NCBI GenBank assembly: GCA_040878325.1
Contig: JBBDMM010000010.1
Location: 124,001 to 188,000 of the forward strand
DNA from: Acidimicrobiia bacterium
GTDB lineage: Bacteria > Actinomycetota > Acidimicrobiia > Spongiisociales > UBA11373
DNA: 64,000 nt
Direction of reading: 5' to 3'
Below, in pieces: positions 9,561 to 17,712 of the stretch; the stretch's first letter is position 1; each line of letters opens with the position of its first letter. The notes below the pieces were generated by a model. That model was not told where the DNA came from. It was given only the letters and a program-made list of their open reading frames with translations, and ran no database searches. Both the position numbers and the translations under genes were made by a program.

Positions 9561-9641
9561 TATCGCAAGGTCGACTCGGGTCCACCGCAGAGCGCAATCG
9601 AGTCGGACTTGCCTGGAGCGACCCCGTCTTTCGGACAACCT

Positions 9642-10550
9642 TCAGCTGGTGCGCCCGCTGGCTCCTAGCGGTCTCACCACCTCGGCAAAGTACGTTCCGT
9701 CGTACTCGCAGTCAGGGGGTGGGTCGTCAGGCGTGCGATCGCTGGCAGAACCATGGAGCGTGACGTTGTCCCCTGATCTGACCACTGTCTCGGTGAATAG
9801 TGCCTCCCACCGGCTCATGTGGATGGTGTGGTCGTCCAGAAGCGAAACGGTTCCCGCCGGCCAGACGACAAGCAGCTCGCGGTCGGAGCCGGAGAAGGTG
9901 ACCGTGGTGCAAGCCCCGTCGATGGTGATGGTGGGCGTGCCGTCGTGCCCCATGCCGCCAACCCCTTCCACACCCTCGACCGGGCGAGTCGTCAGCCCGT
10001 GTCCAACCGGCGCATCAAGGGCACCGAGAAGGATCAGCTGCTCGTCGTAGGCGCAGCTCGCGGGCATCGGCTCGGCCAGCTCTCCATCGACTGCATCGAA
10101 CGGGATGCCTCGGAATTGGTAGCGGGCGCCAGATGACAAGACCAGAGTCGGGGTAGCCGGGTCGATGTCTTCGAAGTGGACGCCGTCACCCTGCACCCAG
10201 ACGTACCGTTCTCCCCCTGTCGGCGGCCCGGGCGGGAGATTGAAGACCAGAAGAGTCGCCGTGTCCCCCGTTTCGGCGGTCACGCAAGACCCGTCGACGC
10301 GGAGAACAGCGTCCTCGACGACTCGGATCGGGAGAGGGGATACGTCGAGCAATGCGTCATGCGTCGACGAACCGATCCGCGGCGGGTCGAATGCCACCGG
10401 CGTGGAAGTCGTTGACGTCGGTGAAGATGACGTCGTGACCGGCTCAGGCGTTGCTGTTGTGGGAGCGACGGATGGCGTTGGCTTCGCGGCACCCGAACAC
10501 CCCGCAGCGACGAGAACCAGCGCGACAACTGCCAGCATCTGCCGAATCAC
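9642..10550 (-). CDS. Hypothetical lipoprotein with Ser/Thr/Pro linker
   Basis: MLAVVALVLVAAGC lipobox; two related segments (VDGSCVT / IDGACTT); TACCAT just upstream of GTG 10550. Confidence 0.68.
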   Translation of the reverse strand: MIRQMLAVVALVLVAAGCSGAAKPTPSVAPTTATPEPVTTSSSPTSTTSTPVAFDPPRIGSSTHDALLDVSPLPIRVVEDAVLRVDGSCVTAETGDTATLLVFNLPPGPPTGGERYVWVQGDGVHFEDIDPATPTLVLSSGARYQFRGIPFDAVDGELAEPMPASCAYDEQLILLGALDAPVGHGLTTRPVEGVEGVGGMGHDGTPTITIDGACTTVTFSGSDRELLVVWPAGTVSLLDDHTIHMSRWEALFTETVVRSGDNVTLHGSASDRTPDDPPPDCEYDGTYFAEVVRPLGASGRTS

Positions 10551-10608
10551 CGGGAAATGGTAGGCCGAATCGCTTGGTGCGCTTCTTCGTATCGGATGTG
10601 GACCAGAA

Positions 10609-10640
10609 CCCTCGGCCACAGTGCGGAAAGCACACCCGAG
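10609..10640 (+). repeat. Cassette-boundary repeat, copy F
   Basis: CCCTCGGCCACAGTGCGGAAAGCACACCCGAG; 19 nt from the stop at 10660. Confidence 0.8.
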
Positions 10641-10659
10641 CAGTTAACGCAGCCCGCTC

Positions 10660-11451
10660 CTACCCAGACTCGTCTTGGCTGCCGGAGGGCGGCGGCAACC
10701 CGGCGCAGCCTGGTGGACCCATCGAGCCACCAATGATCTGGGAAATCGTGCGGGATCTGGGTTGGCTATCCGCTGCACACGGTCGTCGAGCCTCCACATC
10801 GTCGGAACGAATCTGAACAATCAGTCTCGTCTCGTCGATCAGTATGGTGATCCAACCTTCGCCCTGGTCAAGGACATAGCCGACGACGTGCTCGCCATCG
10901 GCGGTATCAATGCGCTCCGCCGAGAGCCACATGGCGTCCCCAAAGACCACTAGAACGGCCAAGAAGAACAGCATGATGCTGAGCGCAGTGATCGAGGCAG
11001 TCGATCCGCGTCCGGCACGGTCCCGACTCCGCCTCCACCGACCGATTGCAAACCCGGAGAGCCACCCCACCACGAGCCCCACGAGCATCGGGACGGTGGC
11101 CGTGTAGAAGAAGGCGGCTCCATAGAACGGCGCGGGCGCTAGTTCCCAAGCTCGAGCGGGCTGATCCTTAGGTAGAGGTCTTGCCATGTAGCGGACGAAA
11201 GCGAACGCAGCCATGAGGGGTACGGTGAACGTCAGCACGCCCAAGACGACCACGACTGTGTCGCTGTACCCAAGGATGGCCGAGGCCACTCCCGGCTGGA
11301 ACTCAGCGACGGCTAAGACCTTGAGAACCACCACGGCAAAGACGACGGTGGTGCCGACGAGCGCGGGGTGATCACGCACAAGGCGCGTCGCGGTCAATGC
11401 GCTGGAAAGGACGCGTGCGTGTGTGTTATCCGGAGTTGATGTGTGTGTCAC
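10660..11451 (-). CDS. Hypothetical multi-pass membrane protein
   Basis: Several hydrophobic segments and a soluble C-terminus; GAGGGA upstream of GTG 11451. Confidence 0.62.
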   Translation of the reverse strand: MTHTSTPDNTHARVLSSALTATRLVRDHPALVGTTVVFAVVVLKVLAVAEFQPGVASAILGYSDTVVVVLGVLTFTVPLMAAFAFVRYMARPLPKDQPARAWELAPAPFYGAAFFYTATVPMLVGLVVGWLSGFAIGRWRRSRDRAGRGSTASITALSIMLFFLAVLVVFGDAMWLSAERIDTADGEHVVGYVLDQGEGWITILIDETRLIVQIRSDDVEARRPCAADSQPRSRTISQIIGGSMGPPGCAGLPPPSGSQDESG

Positions 11452-11649
11452 GCTTCCCTCTTGACTTGAGTATGCAACGAAACTCGTCACCCCGCTCTGC
11501 GGGCGGTGGCCGGGTTCTTCCTTGCGAGTTACACAGATGTTGTTTCGTAGGGATGTTCGCGTCTACGCTTTGGGGGACCGGCAAGTGATGTCCGCGGTAT
11601 GACGACCGCCTGAGTTAGAGACCGCCGGAGTTTCCACTCTGTTCTCCTC

Positions 11650-12378
11650 GTGGGAGTGCTCATGGCGGCCGGTTGGTTCCTATCTCTGTATCCCGAGGCC
11701 GGTGAGGCTGGGGGTTCGTTCCGTGGTCTGAGCCGCGTTGATTCCTCGTCGGGTGGGGGGTGGGCGGTGGACCCGGCCCGATCGTTGGACGAGGCGGCAC
11801 GGCGGGCACGGAGCAAGGTGCGGCGGTATTGCGCTGCGAATGGGTTGAACCGCTTCGGGACTCTCACCTACGCGGGTGAGGGGGTTCATGACCCTCGGGT
11901 GGTGCGGGCCGATGTGGGTCGGTTCTTCCGTGGTCTGCGTCGGGGTCTTGGTGGTGAGGCGTTCCCGTATCTGTGGGTGCCCGAGTTACATAAGTCGGGC
12001 CACGGGTTCCATCTGCATTTTGCGGTTGGTCGTTATGTCCCTCGGGGTTTGATCGAGCGGGCGTGGGGGCGTGGGTTCGTGTTCATCAAGCTGATCCAGG
12101 GCACACCGTCGGGGGCGGGGGTGCGGGAGGAGGCTCGGGTCGCTGCCCGTTATCTGTCGAAGTATCTCGGTAAGGAGATGGCGGGGGCGGGTGGCCTCAA
12201 CCGGTATGACGGTGCCCAGGGGTTCCAGCCGAAGGCCGAACCGATCACCGGCCGCACCGAATCGGTGGTCGTTGAGGCGGCGTCGGAGCGGATGGGAAGC
12301 CAACCGGCCTATGTGTGGCGGTCGGTCAATCAGGAGGGCTGGAAGGGTCCCCCGGCGGTGTGGCTGCAATGGCGATAA
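11650..12378 (+). CDS. rep: Rolling-circle replication initiator (HUH endonuclease, Y2-type)
   Basis: Motif 1 FGTLTY, motif 2 PELHKSGHGFHLHF, motif 3 YLSKY. Confidence 0.85.
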   Translation: MGVLMAAGWFLSLYPEAGEAGGSFRGLSRVDSSSGGGWAVDPARSLDEAARRARSKVRRYCAANGLNRFGTLTYAGEGVHDPRVVRADVGRFFRGLRRGLGGEAFPYLWVPELHKSGHGFHLHFAVGRYVPRGLIERAWGRGFVFIKLIQGTPSGAGVREEARVAARYLSKYLGKEMAGAGGLNRYDGAQGFQPKAEPITGRTESVVVEAASERMGSQPAYVWRSVNQEGWKGPPAVWLQWR

Positions 12379-12539
12379 AGCCACTGTCGCCCGAGGTTGT
12401 CGCCGGCTGGGTGGATTCCTCGACGGCCGCCCAGGGCGTGCCGGCCAAGGTGACAGACCCAAATGCGGTCGAGGCGGTGTCAGCGCTGTTGGGCGAAGGC
12501 CGCGAACCGGTCGAGGTCAAAGACGCCACACCGGCGTGA
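12369..12539 (+). CDS. Small (56 aa) hypothetical protein overlapping the end of rep
   Basis: ATG 12369 within the rep 3' end; MAIKPLSPEVVAGWVDSSTAAQGVPAKVTDP; also overlaps the recombinase 3' end. Confidence 0.5.
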   Translation: MAIKPLSPEVVAGWVDSSTAAQGVPAKVTDPNAVEAVSALLGEGREPVEVKDATPA

Positions 12540-13923
12540 ACCGATCGGGATCGAAGGTGTTGCGTCCCTGCCGGGCAGGCTTCACCACGAGGTGATCGAG
12601 GACGGTTCGGACAATGGCGTGCTGTCTGGTGAGCGGCAGATCGGCCCAGGCTTCTTGGAGCAGGCTGGATCTTCCGGCGTATTGGGCGATGTCGTGAGTG
12701 GGTGAGATCCGAGAAAGGCGACGCCTCGCAGCATCTATCCGGCTCTGGATTGGTTGGCGGGCGGCGAGCCATTCTCGGTGGCTGATTGCCTTGTCGGCGT
12801 AATCGGTGGCGAGCCGGTCCAACATCGCCTCGTCGGCGGCGACCTGATCCACCAGGTCAGCCTGTTGGGTGCTCGCTCGACTGACGGCGGCCAAAGCAGC
12901 GGCCAACTCTGGAGTGTCGAGACGGTAGAGGACGGCTTGGGCAACCAAACTCTCGACGGGTTCTGACACGGCTGCCATCCGGCCGCAGCCACCAAAGCCA
13001 GGACCCGAAGCACAGACATAGCGGCGCTGGCCACCCGAACGGGGCCGGGAATACATCACCGTCCCACAAAGGCCGCATCTGAGGAGGCCGGTGAGCAGGT
13101 AACGGCGGGGGGACCGGCCCGTAGGGCCGGACCCCGCCGCCCGGCTCAACCGGACCCGCAGACGGTCCGACTGGGCCGGGGTGATGATCCCGGGCCATTC
13201 GGCTTTGGCGGTGATCTCACCCCGATGCTCCCTGCGTCCCGAGATGCGGGCCGAGCGCAGCATCCGATTCAAGGTGTTCGGAGTCCACTCCCCACCCTTG
13301 CTCGTCTTCACCCCTCGCCCGTTGAGGTCCGAGCAGATTGACCGGGCCGACTCCCCAGCCAGCGTCCGTTTCACTGCCTCTTTGATGATGGGGGCTTCTT
13401 CGGGGACGACATGGAGCCGGTCCTTGGTGTACCCGTAGGGGCGGGCACCGCCACCCGACACCTTCCCTTTCGTAGCCAGCTCGAGATGCTTGCGGCGCAG
13501 CCGGTCGGCAGCCTTATCTGATTCGGAACGGGCGATCACGCTGCCCAGTCTGGCAACCATCCGACCCTGCGGCGTCGCCAAATCAACATCACCCGCCCGC
13601 ACCGTCCGAATATCCGACAGCCCGGCGTTCTCGCACAGGTCGATGAAGTCCTCCAACTCCCTCGGACTGCGATGCAACCGGTCGGGATGCCACACCACCA
13701 GGGCGTCGACCGTCCCTGCCTTGATGTCGTCACACAGCCGTTCGTATTCGGGGCGACGCCTCCCCGAGTAAGCCGACACATCGTTGTCCACAAAGACATC
13801 GCCCACCGGCCACCCCAGCGAAGCGGCGAGGCCCTCGCAGTCGTCGATCTGACGGTCCACACCCAGATGAGTCCCATCAGGGTCAGAAGAGATACGGGCG
13901 TAGATCGCAGCAGCCTGAGGCAT
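12517..13923 (-). CDS. Large serine recombinase (integrase)
   Basis: YARIS catalytic Ser, DRLHR, PYGY recombinase domain, zinc ribbon LLRCGLCG...YVC...C, coiled coil. Confidence 0.93.
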   Translation of the reverse strand: MPQAAAIYARISSDPDGTHLGVDRQIDDCEGLAASLGWPVGDVFVDNDVSAYSGRRRPEYERLCDDIKAGTVDALVVWHPDRLHRSPRELEDFIDLCENAGLSDIRTVRAGDVDLATPQGRMVARLGSVIARSESDKAADRLRRKHLELATKGKVSGGGARPYGYTKDRLHVVPEEAPIIKEAVKRTLAGESARSICSDLNGRGVKTSKGGEWTPNTLNRMLRSARISGRREHRGEITAKAEWPGIITPAQSDRLRVRLSRAAGSGPTGRSPRRYLLTGLLRCGLCGTVMYSRPRSGGQRRYVCASGPGFGGCGRMAAVSEPVESLVAQAVLYRLDTPELAAALAAVSRASTQQADLVDQVAADEAMLDRLATDYADKAISHREWLAARQPIQSRIDAARRRLSRISPTHDIAQYAGRSSLLQEAWADLPLTRQHAIVRTVLDHLVVKPARQGRNTFDPDRFTPVWRL

Positions 13924-13945
13924 CAGGGCACATTAACGCACCGTC

Positions 13946-13972
13946 CCCTCGGCGACAGCGCTCACATCTGAG
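13946..13972 (+). repeat. Degenerate (shortened) cassette-boundary repeat, copy G
   Basis: CCCTCGGCGACAGCGCTCACATCTGAG; both arms recognisable, centre 5 bp short. Confidence 0.5.
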
Positions 13973-13981
13973 GGTGGGGAC

Positions 13982-15907
13982 CTACTCGATTCCCAGGTAC
14001 CTCAGAAACGCGGTTTGGTTGGGCTCGCGGCCGAGGAAGTCGCGCAGCATGTCCATTGGGTCCTTGGAGCCCCCCGGGCCGATGACCCTTTCCCGGTAGT
14101 CCTTGCCGACCTGAGGCGACAGCACCCCTTCGGCCTCGAAGCGGCTGAACATGTCGTCGCCGAAGACCTTCGACCACAGGTATCCGTAGTACCCGGCGTC
14201 GTATCCGAAGAGGTGCCCGAACCCGGCGGGGAAGAAGGTGCCCTCGTGGAACGGGAACAAGCCGATCTCGGTCGTCTCCCTGGTGATGGTGTGGAGGTCC
14301 TTCTTCGCTCCCGGCCCGTGGAAGGCGAGATCGAGCTTCCCGAACGACACCTGGCGAAGCATCGCCAGGGAGATGTGGAGGTTGCGAGCCTCCACCAACT
14401 GGTCGACCAGTTCGTCGGGGATCGGCTCCCCGGTCTTGTGGTGCCGGGCGAACCTGCGCAGCACGTCGGCGTTCCAGCACCAATGTTCCATGATCTGCGA
14501 CGGCGCCTCGACGAAGTCCCACTCGGTGTTGTAACCGGCGAACCGAATGTGCTTTGCCCGACCAAGGCTGTTGTGGAGGACGTGACCGAATTCGTGAAAG
14601 AGCGTCACCACCTCGTCATGGCGGAGCAGTGAAGGGGCGTCGGCTGACGGCTTGGTGAAATTGGCCACGATCGCGGTCACCGGCGTTTGCTCGCCATGAC
14701 CCGAGATCAGGTCGAAGGCCGCCGCGTGCCCGAACTTGCCTTCCCGCGGGAACAGGTCCATATAGAAGGTCGCCAACAGTTCGCCGGTGGCCGAGTCGAG
14801 GATGTCGTAGGCCACCACGTCCTTGTGCCACGCGTGGATCGACTGGTGCTGGCGGTACTTCAGCCCGAAAACCTCGCCCGTGATCGCAAACATCCCGTCG
14901 AGCACCTGTTGCAGAGGAAAATAGGCGGCCACCTCATTGGGGTCCACCCCGAACCGCTCCTTGCGAATCTTGGTGTGCAGGTATCGGTGATCCCATCCCT
15001 CGGGCCGTTCGCCGTTCTGGGCGGTGGCGAGGTCGTCGATCTCGCTGCGTCCCTTGGCGGTGAGCGCGGGCACGATGCCGGCGTACATCTCCTCGACCAC
15101 CTTGGGGTCCTTCGCCATCTTCTCTTCCATGCCGTAGTGGGCCCACGACGGCAGCCCGAAGATCTCGGCGATCCGGTGGCGGAGGCGGACCGCTTCCTCG
15201 AGGAGCGGGAGGTTGTCGGCGGCGGCCTTGTTGTAGAACTTGAACTGGATCTGACGCCGCAGGTCGCGGTCCTCGGCCTGGTCCATGAACGGGTAGTAGT
15301 CGGGGTAGTCGAGCGAAACCCGGGACGTACCCTCGGTCGCGCCGGGGGCGAGCCGCCCGACGTAGTCGTCGGGAAGCCCGGCCAGCTGCTCCCGCGTCAG
15401 GTCGAGCCCGTCCTCGAACTCGTCGATGTTGCGGGTAAAGGCCACGTCCAGCTCCACCAGCCGGGTGCGCATCTTCTGCACCTCGCCGCGCTCTTCCTCA
15501 CTCAGCCCATGACCGGCGCGACGGAAGTCGCGCTGGGTGAAGTCGAGCAACCGGCGGTCCTCCCCTTCGAGGGCGACGGCCTCGTCGGTGGTGGCATACG
15601 CCTCGACCGCCTCGTACAGGTCGCGGCGAAAGGCCAGGTCGGACTGCCACTTCGACAGCCTCTCCTCGGCTGCCTGGGCGGCGTCGCGGACTTCCTTGTC
15701 GGGGTGGACCCGGGCCATGAAGGGGCCGACGCCGTAGGCGCGCACCAGGGCGTCGCCGAGCATGTCGAGGGGGGCCATCGCGTCGGCCCAGGTGCGGGGA
15801 CCGGAGTGATCGACGATCGAGGAGATCAGCCCATCGCCCGTGGCGATCGCATCCTCGACGGCCTTGGTGACGGATTCGGCAGTGACCTTGGTGTAGTCAT
15901 AAAGCAT
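13982..15907 (-). CDS. M3 family metallopeptidase (thimet oligopeptidase-like)
   Basis: TLFHEFGHVLH, DFVEAPSQ, YDAGYYGYLW. Confidence 0.92.
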   Translation of the reverse strand: MLYDYTKVTAESVTKAVEDAIATGDGLISSIVDHSGPRTWADAMAPLDMLGDALVRAYGVGPFMARVHPDKEVRDAAQAAEERLSKWQSDLAFRRDLYEAVEAYATTDEAVALEGEDRRLLDFTQRDFRRAGHGLSEEERGEVQKMRTRLVELDVAFTRNIDEFEDGLDLTREQLAGLPDDYVGRLAPGATEGTSRVSLDYPDYYPFMDQAEDRDLRRQIQFKFYNKAAADNLPLLEEAVRLRHRIAEIFGLPSWAHYGMEEKMAKDPKVVEEMYAGIVPALTAKGRSEIDDLATAQNGERPEGWDHRYLHTKIRKERFGVDPNEVAAYFPLQQVLDGMFAITGEVFGLKYRQHQSIHAWHKDVVAYDILDSATGELLATFYMDLFPREGKFGHAAAFDLISGHGEQTPVTAIVANFTKPSADAPSLLRHDEVVTLFHEFGHVLHNSLGRAKHIRFAGYNTEWDFVEAPSQIMEHWCWNADVLRRFARHHKTGEPIPDELVDQLVEARNLHISLAMLRQVSFGKLDLAFHGPGAKKDLHTITRETTEIGLFPFHEGTFFPAGFGHLFGYDAGYYGYLWSKVFGDDMFSRFEAEGVLSPQVGKDYRERVIGPGGSKDPMDMLRDFLGREPNQTAFLRYLGIE

Positions 15908-16008
15908 TGGAGCGAGGTTAGTTCAGAGTCGCCAGTCACCGATCGCCAGGAAGGCCGTGCGTCATCCGGTTCTTGAAGAAGTGGGTGGGGTGCTCGCAGG
16001 GTCCGCTG

Positions 16009-16070
16009 CCCCCTCCGTCACCGCCGAGGACGGCGGTGCCACCTCCCCCGCCGAAGACGGCGGAGGAGGA
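16009..16070. repeat. Double-hairpin REP-like element
   Basis: CACCGCCG agga CGGCGGTG and CCGCCG aaga CGGCGG within CCCCCTCCGTCA...GGAGGA. Confidence 0.55.
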
Positions 16071-16080
16071 CGCCGGAGCC

Positions 16081-17712
16081 TCAGCCGTCTTCTATCCCAT
16101 ACAGGGCACCGTCGCGCGAGAACAGGTAGATCATCCCCTTCCACACCACGGGGGTGGCCTCGAGGGTGGAGGCGCCGACCCGGAACTCCCAGCGGAGCTC
16201 GGGCTGGCGGGGGTTGGTGACGTCGAAGTTGTAGAGGAGGCCCTCGTATCCCGCGACCAGCAGGTTGTTGCCGATGAGGATCGGCGACGAGAGTGCGGTG
16301 GAGACGCCGACGCGGGCCGAGGGGCCGATGTGATGGAACCACAGCTCCGCACCCGTGTCCCGGTCGACGGCGACCACGTTCCCCTTGTTGGTGAGGACAT
16401 AGACCACCCCATCGCCGAGCACCGGGGTGCCCCAGACACCGCCGTATGCCGGGGGATCGGTGATCGATTCCATCCCCCAGATCCGCGGGTCGCCATCGGT
16501 GTACGGGTCGAGCTTTACCAACTGGCCGACCTCGCGGCCGCGATTGTTGAACCGCTTCCACTCCACCGGGACGTAGAGCATGCCTTCCTCGTCGATGACG
16601 ATCGACCCGTCCACGTCGTCGCCGACCCAGTAGTCGAAGACGATCGGGGCGTTGCCGTTCTCGACGTCGGTGATGTCGAGGCCGATGACCCGCCCGGCGG
16701 AGGTGCCGAAGTAGATGCGGCCTTCGAACATGGCGGTGGTGCTCTCGACACTCGTCGATGTGCACCGGGCCGCGTTGACCGCGCTGCACCCGGCCTGAAT
16801 CTGGGTGAGGAGGGCATCGTCCCAGGTCTTCATCTTGAACAGCAGTTCGGGGGCGACCGTCACCAGCCCTTCGGCGTCATACCGGCGATTCAGCTTCCAG
16901 ATGTAGTAGATCGAGTTCTCGCCGCCTTCGAACATGATGTCGTTGACGATCAGCGGTGCCGAGTCCCAGTGGGTGTTCCATCGTCCCTCGACCGAGAACG
17001 ACGGGGTAGCGAACGCCCATAGGGTGACGGGATCCCCCCGGTCGAATGCGGCAATGCGGAGATTGCCGTCGGTGCTGCCGAAGTAGACGAGTGGGAACCC
17101 GTCGGGATCGAGCGTGGGGCTGCCCTTTACGATGCTGTCGGTGGCCAGCGGCGTACGCGTGGGCTCACCGGTGACCGCGTTGACGAAGTGAAGCCGGCCG
17201 TCGTAGGCGCCGGAGATCAACTCGGTCACCCCGTCGGGACTCTCCCAGATCGCCGGTTGTCCGGTCCACCCATTGCCGCACCAGGTGGACGAGACGCCGA
17301 AGTCGGTCAGTTGACCGCACAGACCCCCGCTCGCCGGATAACGCCATGCGGTGGCGGGGGACGCCGGCACCGGCCCCTCGCCGTGGTAGGTGTGGGTGGG
17401 GTTGCCCCGGTGGGTCAGCAGGCCGACCACCTGGTCACCCCACGGCTGGCCCACCGTCCGTCGATCGACCCAAGGGTGGAGTGGGGCCCCGGTCGTGGTG
17501 GTCGTATCGGGCAGCGATGTGGTGGTCGAACCGACCGTCGTGCTGGTGCCACTCGAGCCAGTGGTGGTCGACGAACTGGTACCAGCCGGCACCGTCGATA
17601 CCGCCGACTCGGTGCGGTCGGTCGCCAGCCACAGAAAGGCGGTGACGCTGGCCGACGCGAGCAGGACCCCGAGCCCGATCGCGACCAGCGCTGGAGGTGT
17701 CGACCGGCGCAT
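16081..17712 (-). CDS. Membrane-anchored PQQ-like beta-propeller protein (paralog 1)
   Basis: N-terminal TM, Thr-rich linker, repeated W...S/TP propeller motifs. Confidence 0.8.
   Translation of the reverse strand: MRRSTPPALVAIGLGVLLASASVTAFLWLATDRTESAVSTVPAGTSSSTTTGSSGTSTTVGSTTTSLPDTTTTTGAPLHPWVDRRTVGQPWGDQVVGLLTHRGNPTHTYHGEGPVPASPATAWRYPASGGLCGQLTDFGVSSTWCGNGWTGQPAIWESPDGVTELISGAYDGRLHFVNAVTGEPTRTPLATDSIVKGSPTLDPDGFPLVYFGSTDGNLRIAAFDRGDPVTLWAFATPSFSVEGRWNTHWDSAPLIVNDIMFEGGENSIYYIWKLNRRYDAEGLVTVAPELLFKMKTWDDALLTQIQAGCSAVNAARCTSTSVESTTAMFEGRIYFGTSAGRVIGLDITDVENGNAPIVFDYWVGDDVDGSIVIDEEGMLYVPVEWKRFNNRGREVGQLVKLDPYTDGDPRIWGMESITDPPAYGGVWGTPVLGDGVVYVLTNKGNVVAVDRDTGAELWFHHIGPSARVGVSTALSSPILIGNNLLVAGYEGLLYNFDVTNPRQPELRWEFRVGASTLEATPVVWKGMIYLFSRDGALYGIEDG

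Larger units (their letters stand above)
11460..13972. mobile_element. Minimal integrative element: HUH Rep + small ORF + large serine recombinase (ends approximate)
   Basis: Convergent rep and recombinase; G/T-rich left half and C/A-rich right half on the + strand; partial boundary-repeat matches at both ends. Confidence 0.7.

Noticed and set aside
8013..10640. The 32-bp direct repeats as a CRISPR array
   Set aside because: Spacing is very irregular (20 bp to ~1 kb), intervals contain whole genes, and no cas genes are present.
8013..10640. The repeats as classical integron attC sites
   Set aside because: Too short, no RYYYAAC/GTTRRRY boxes or long hairpin, and no IntI in the window.
11650..13923. 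Filamentous prophage or complete AICE
   Set aside because: No Zot-like ATPase, coat-protein cluster or TraB/FtsK gene nearby.
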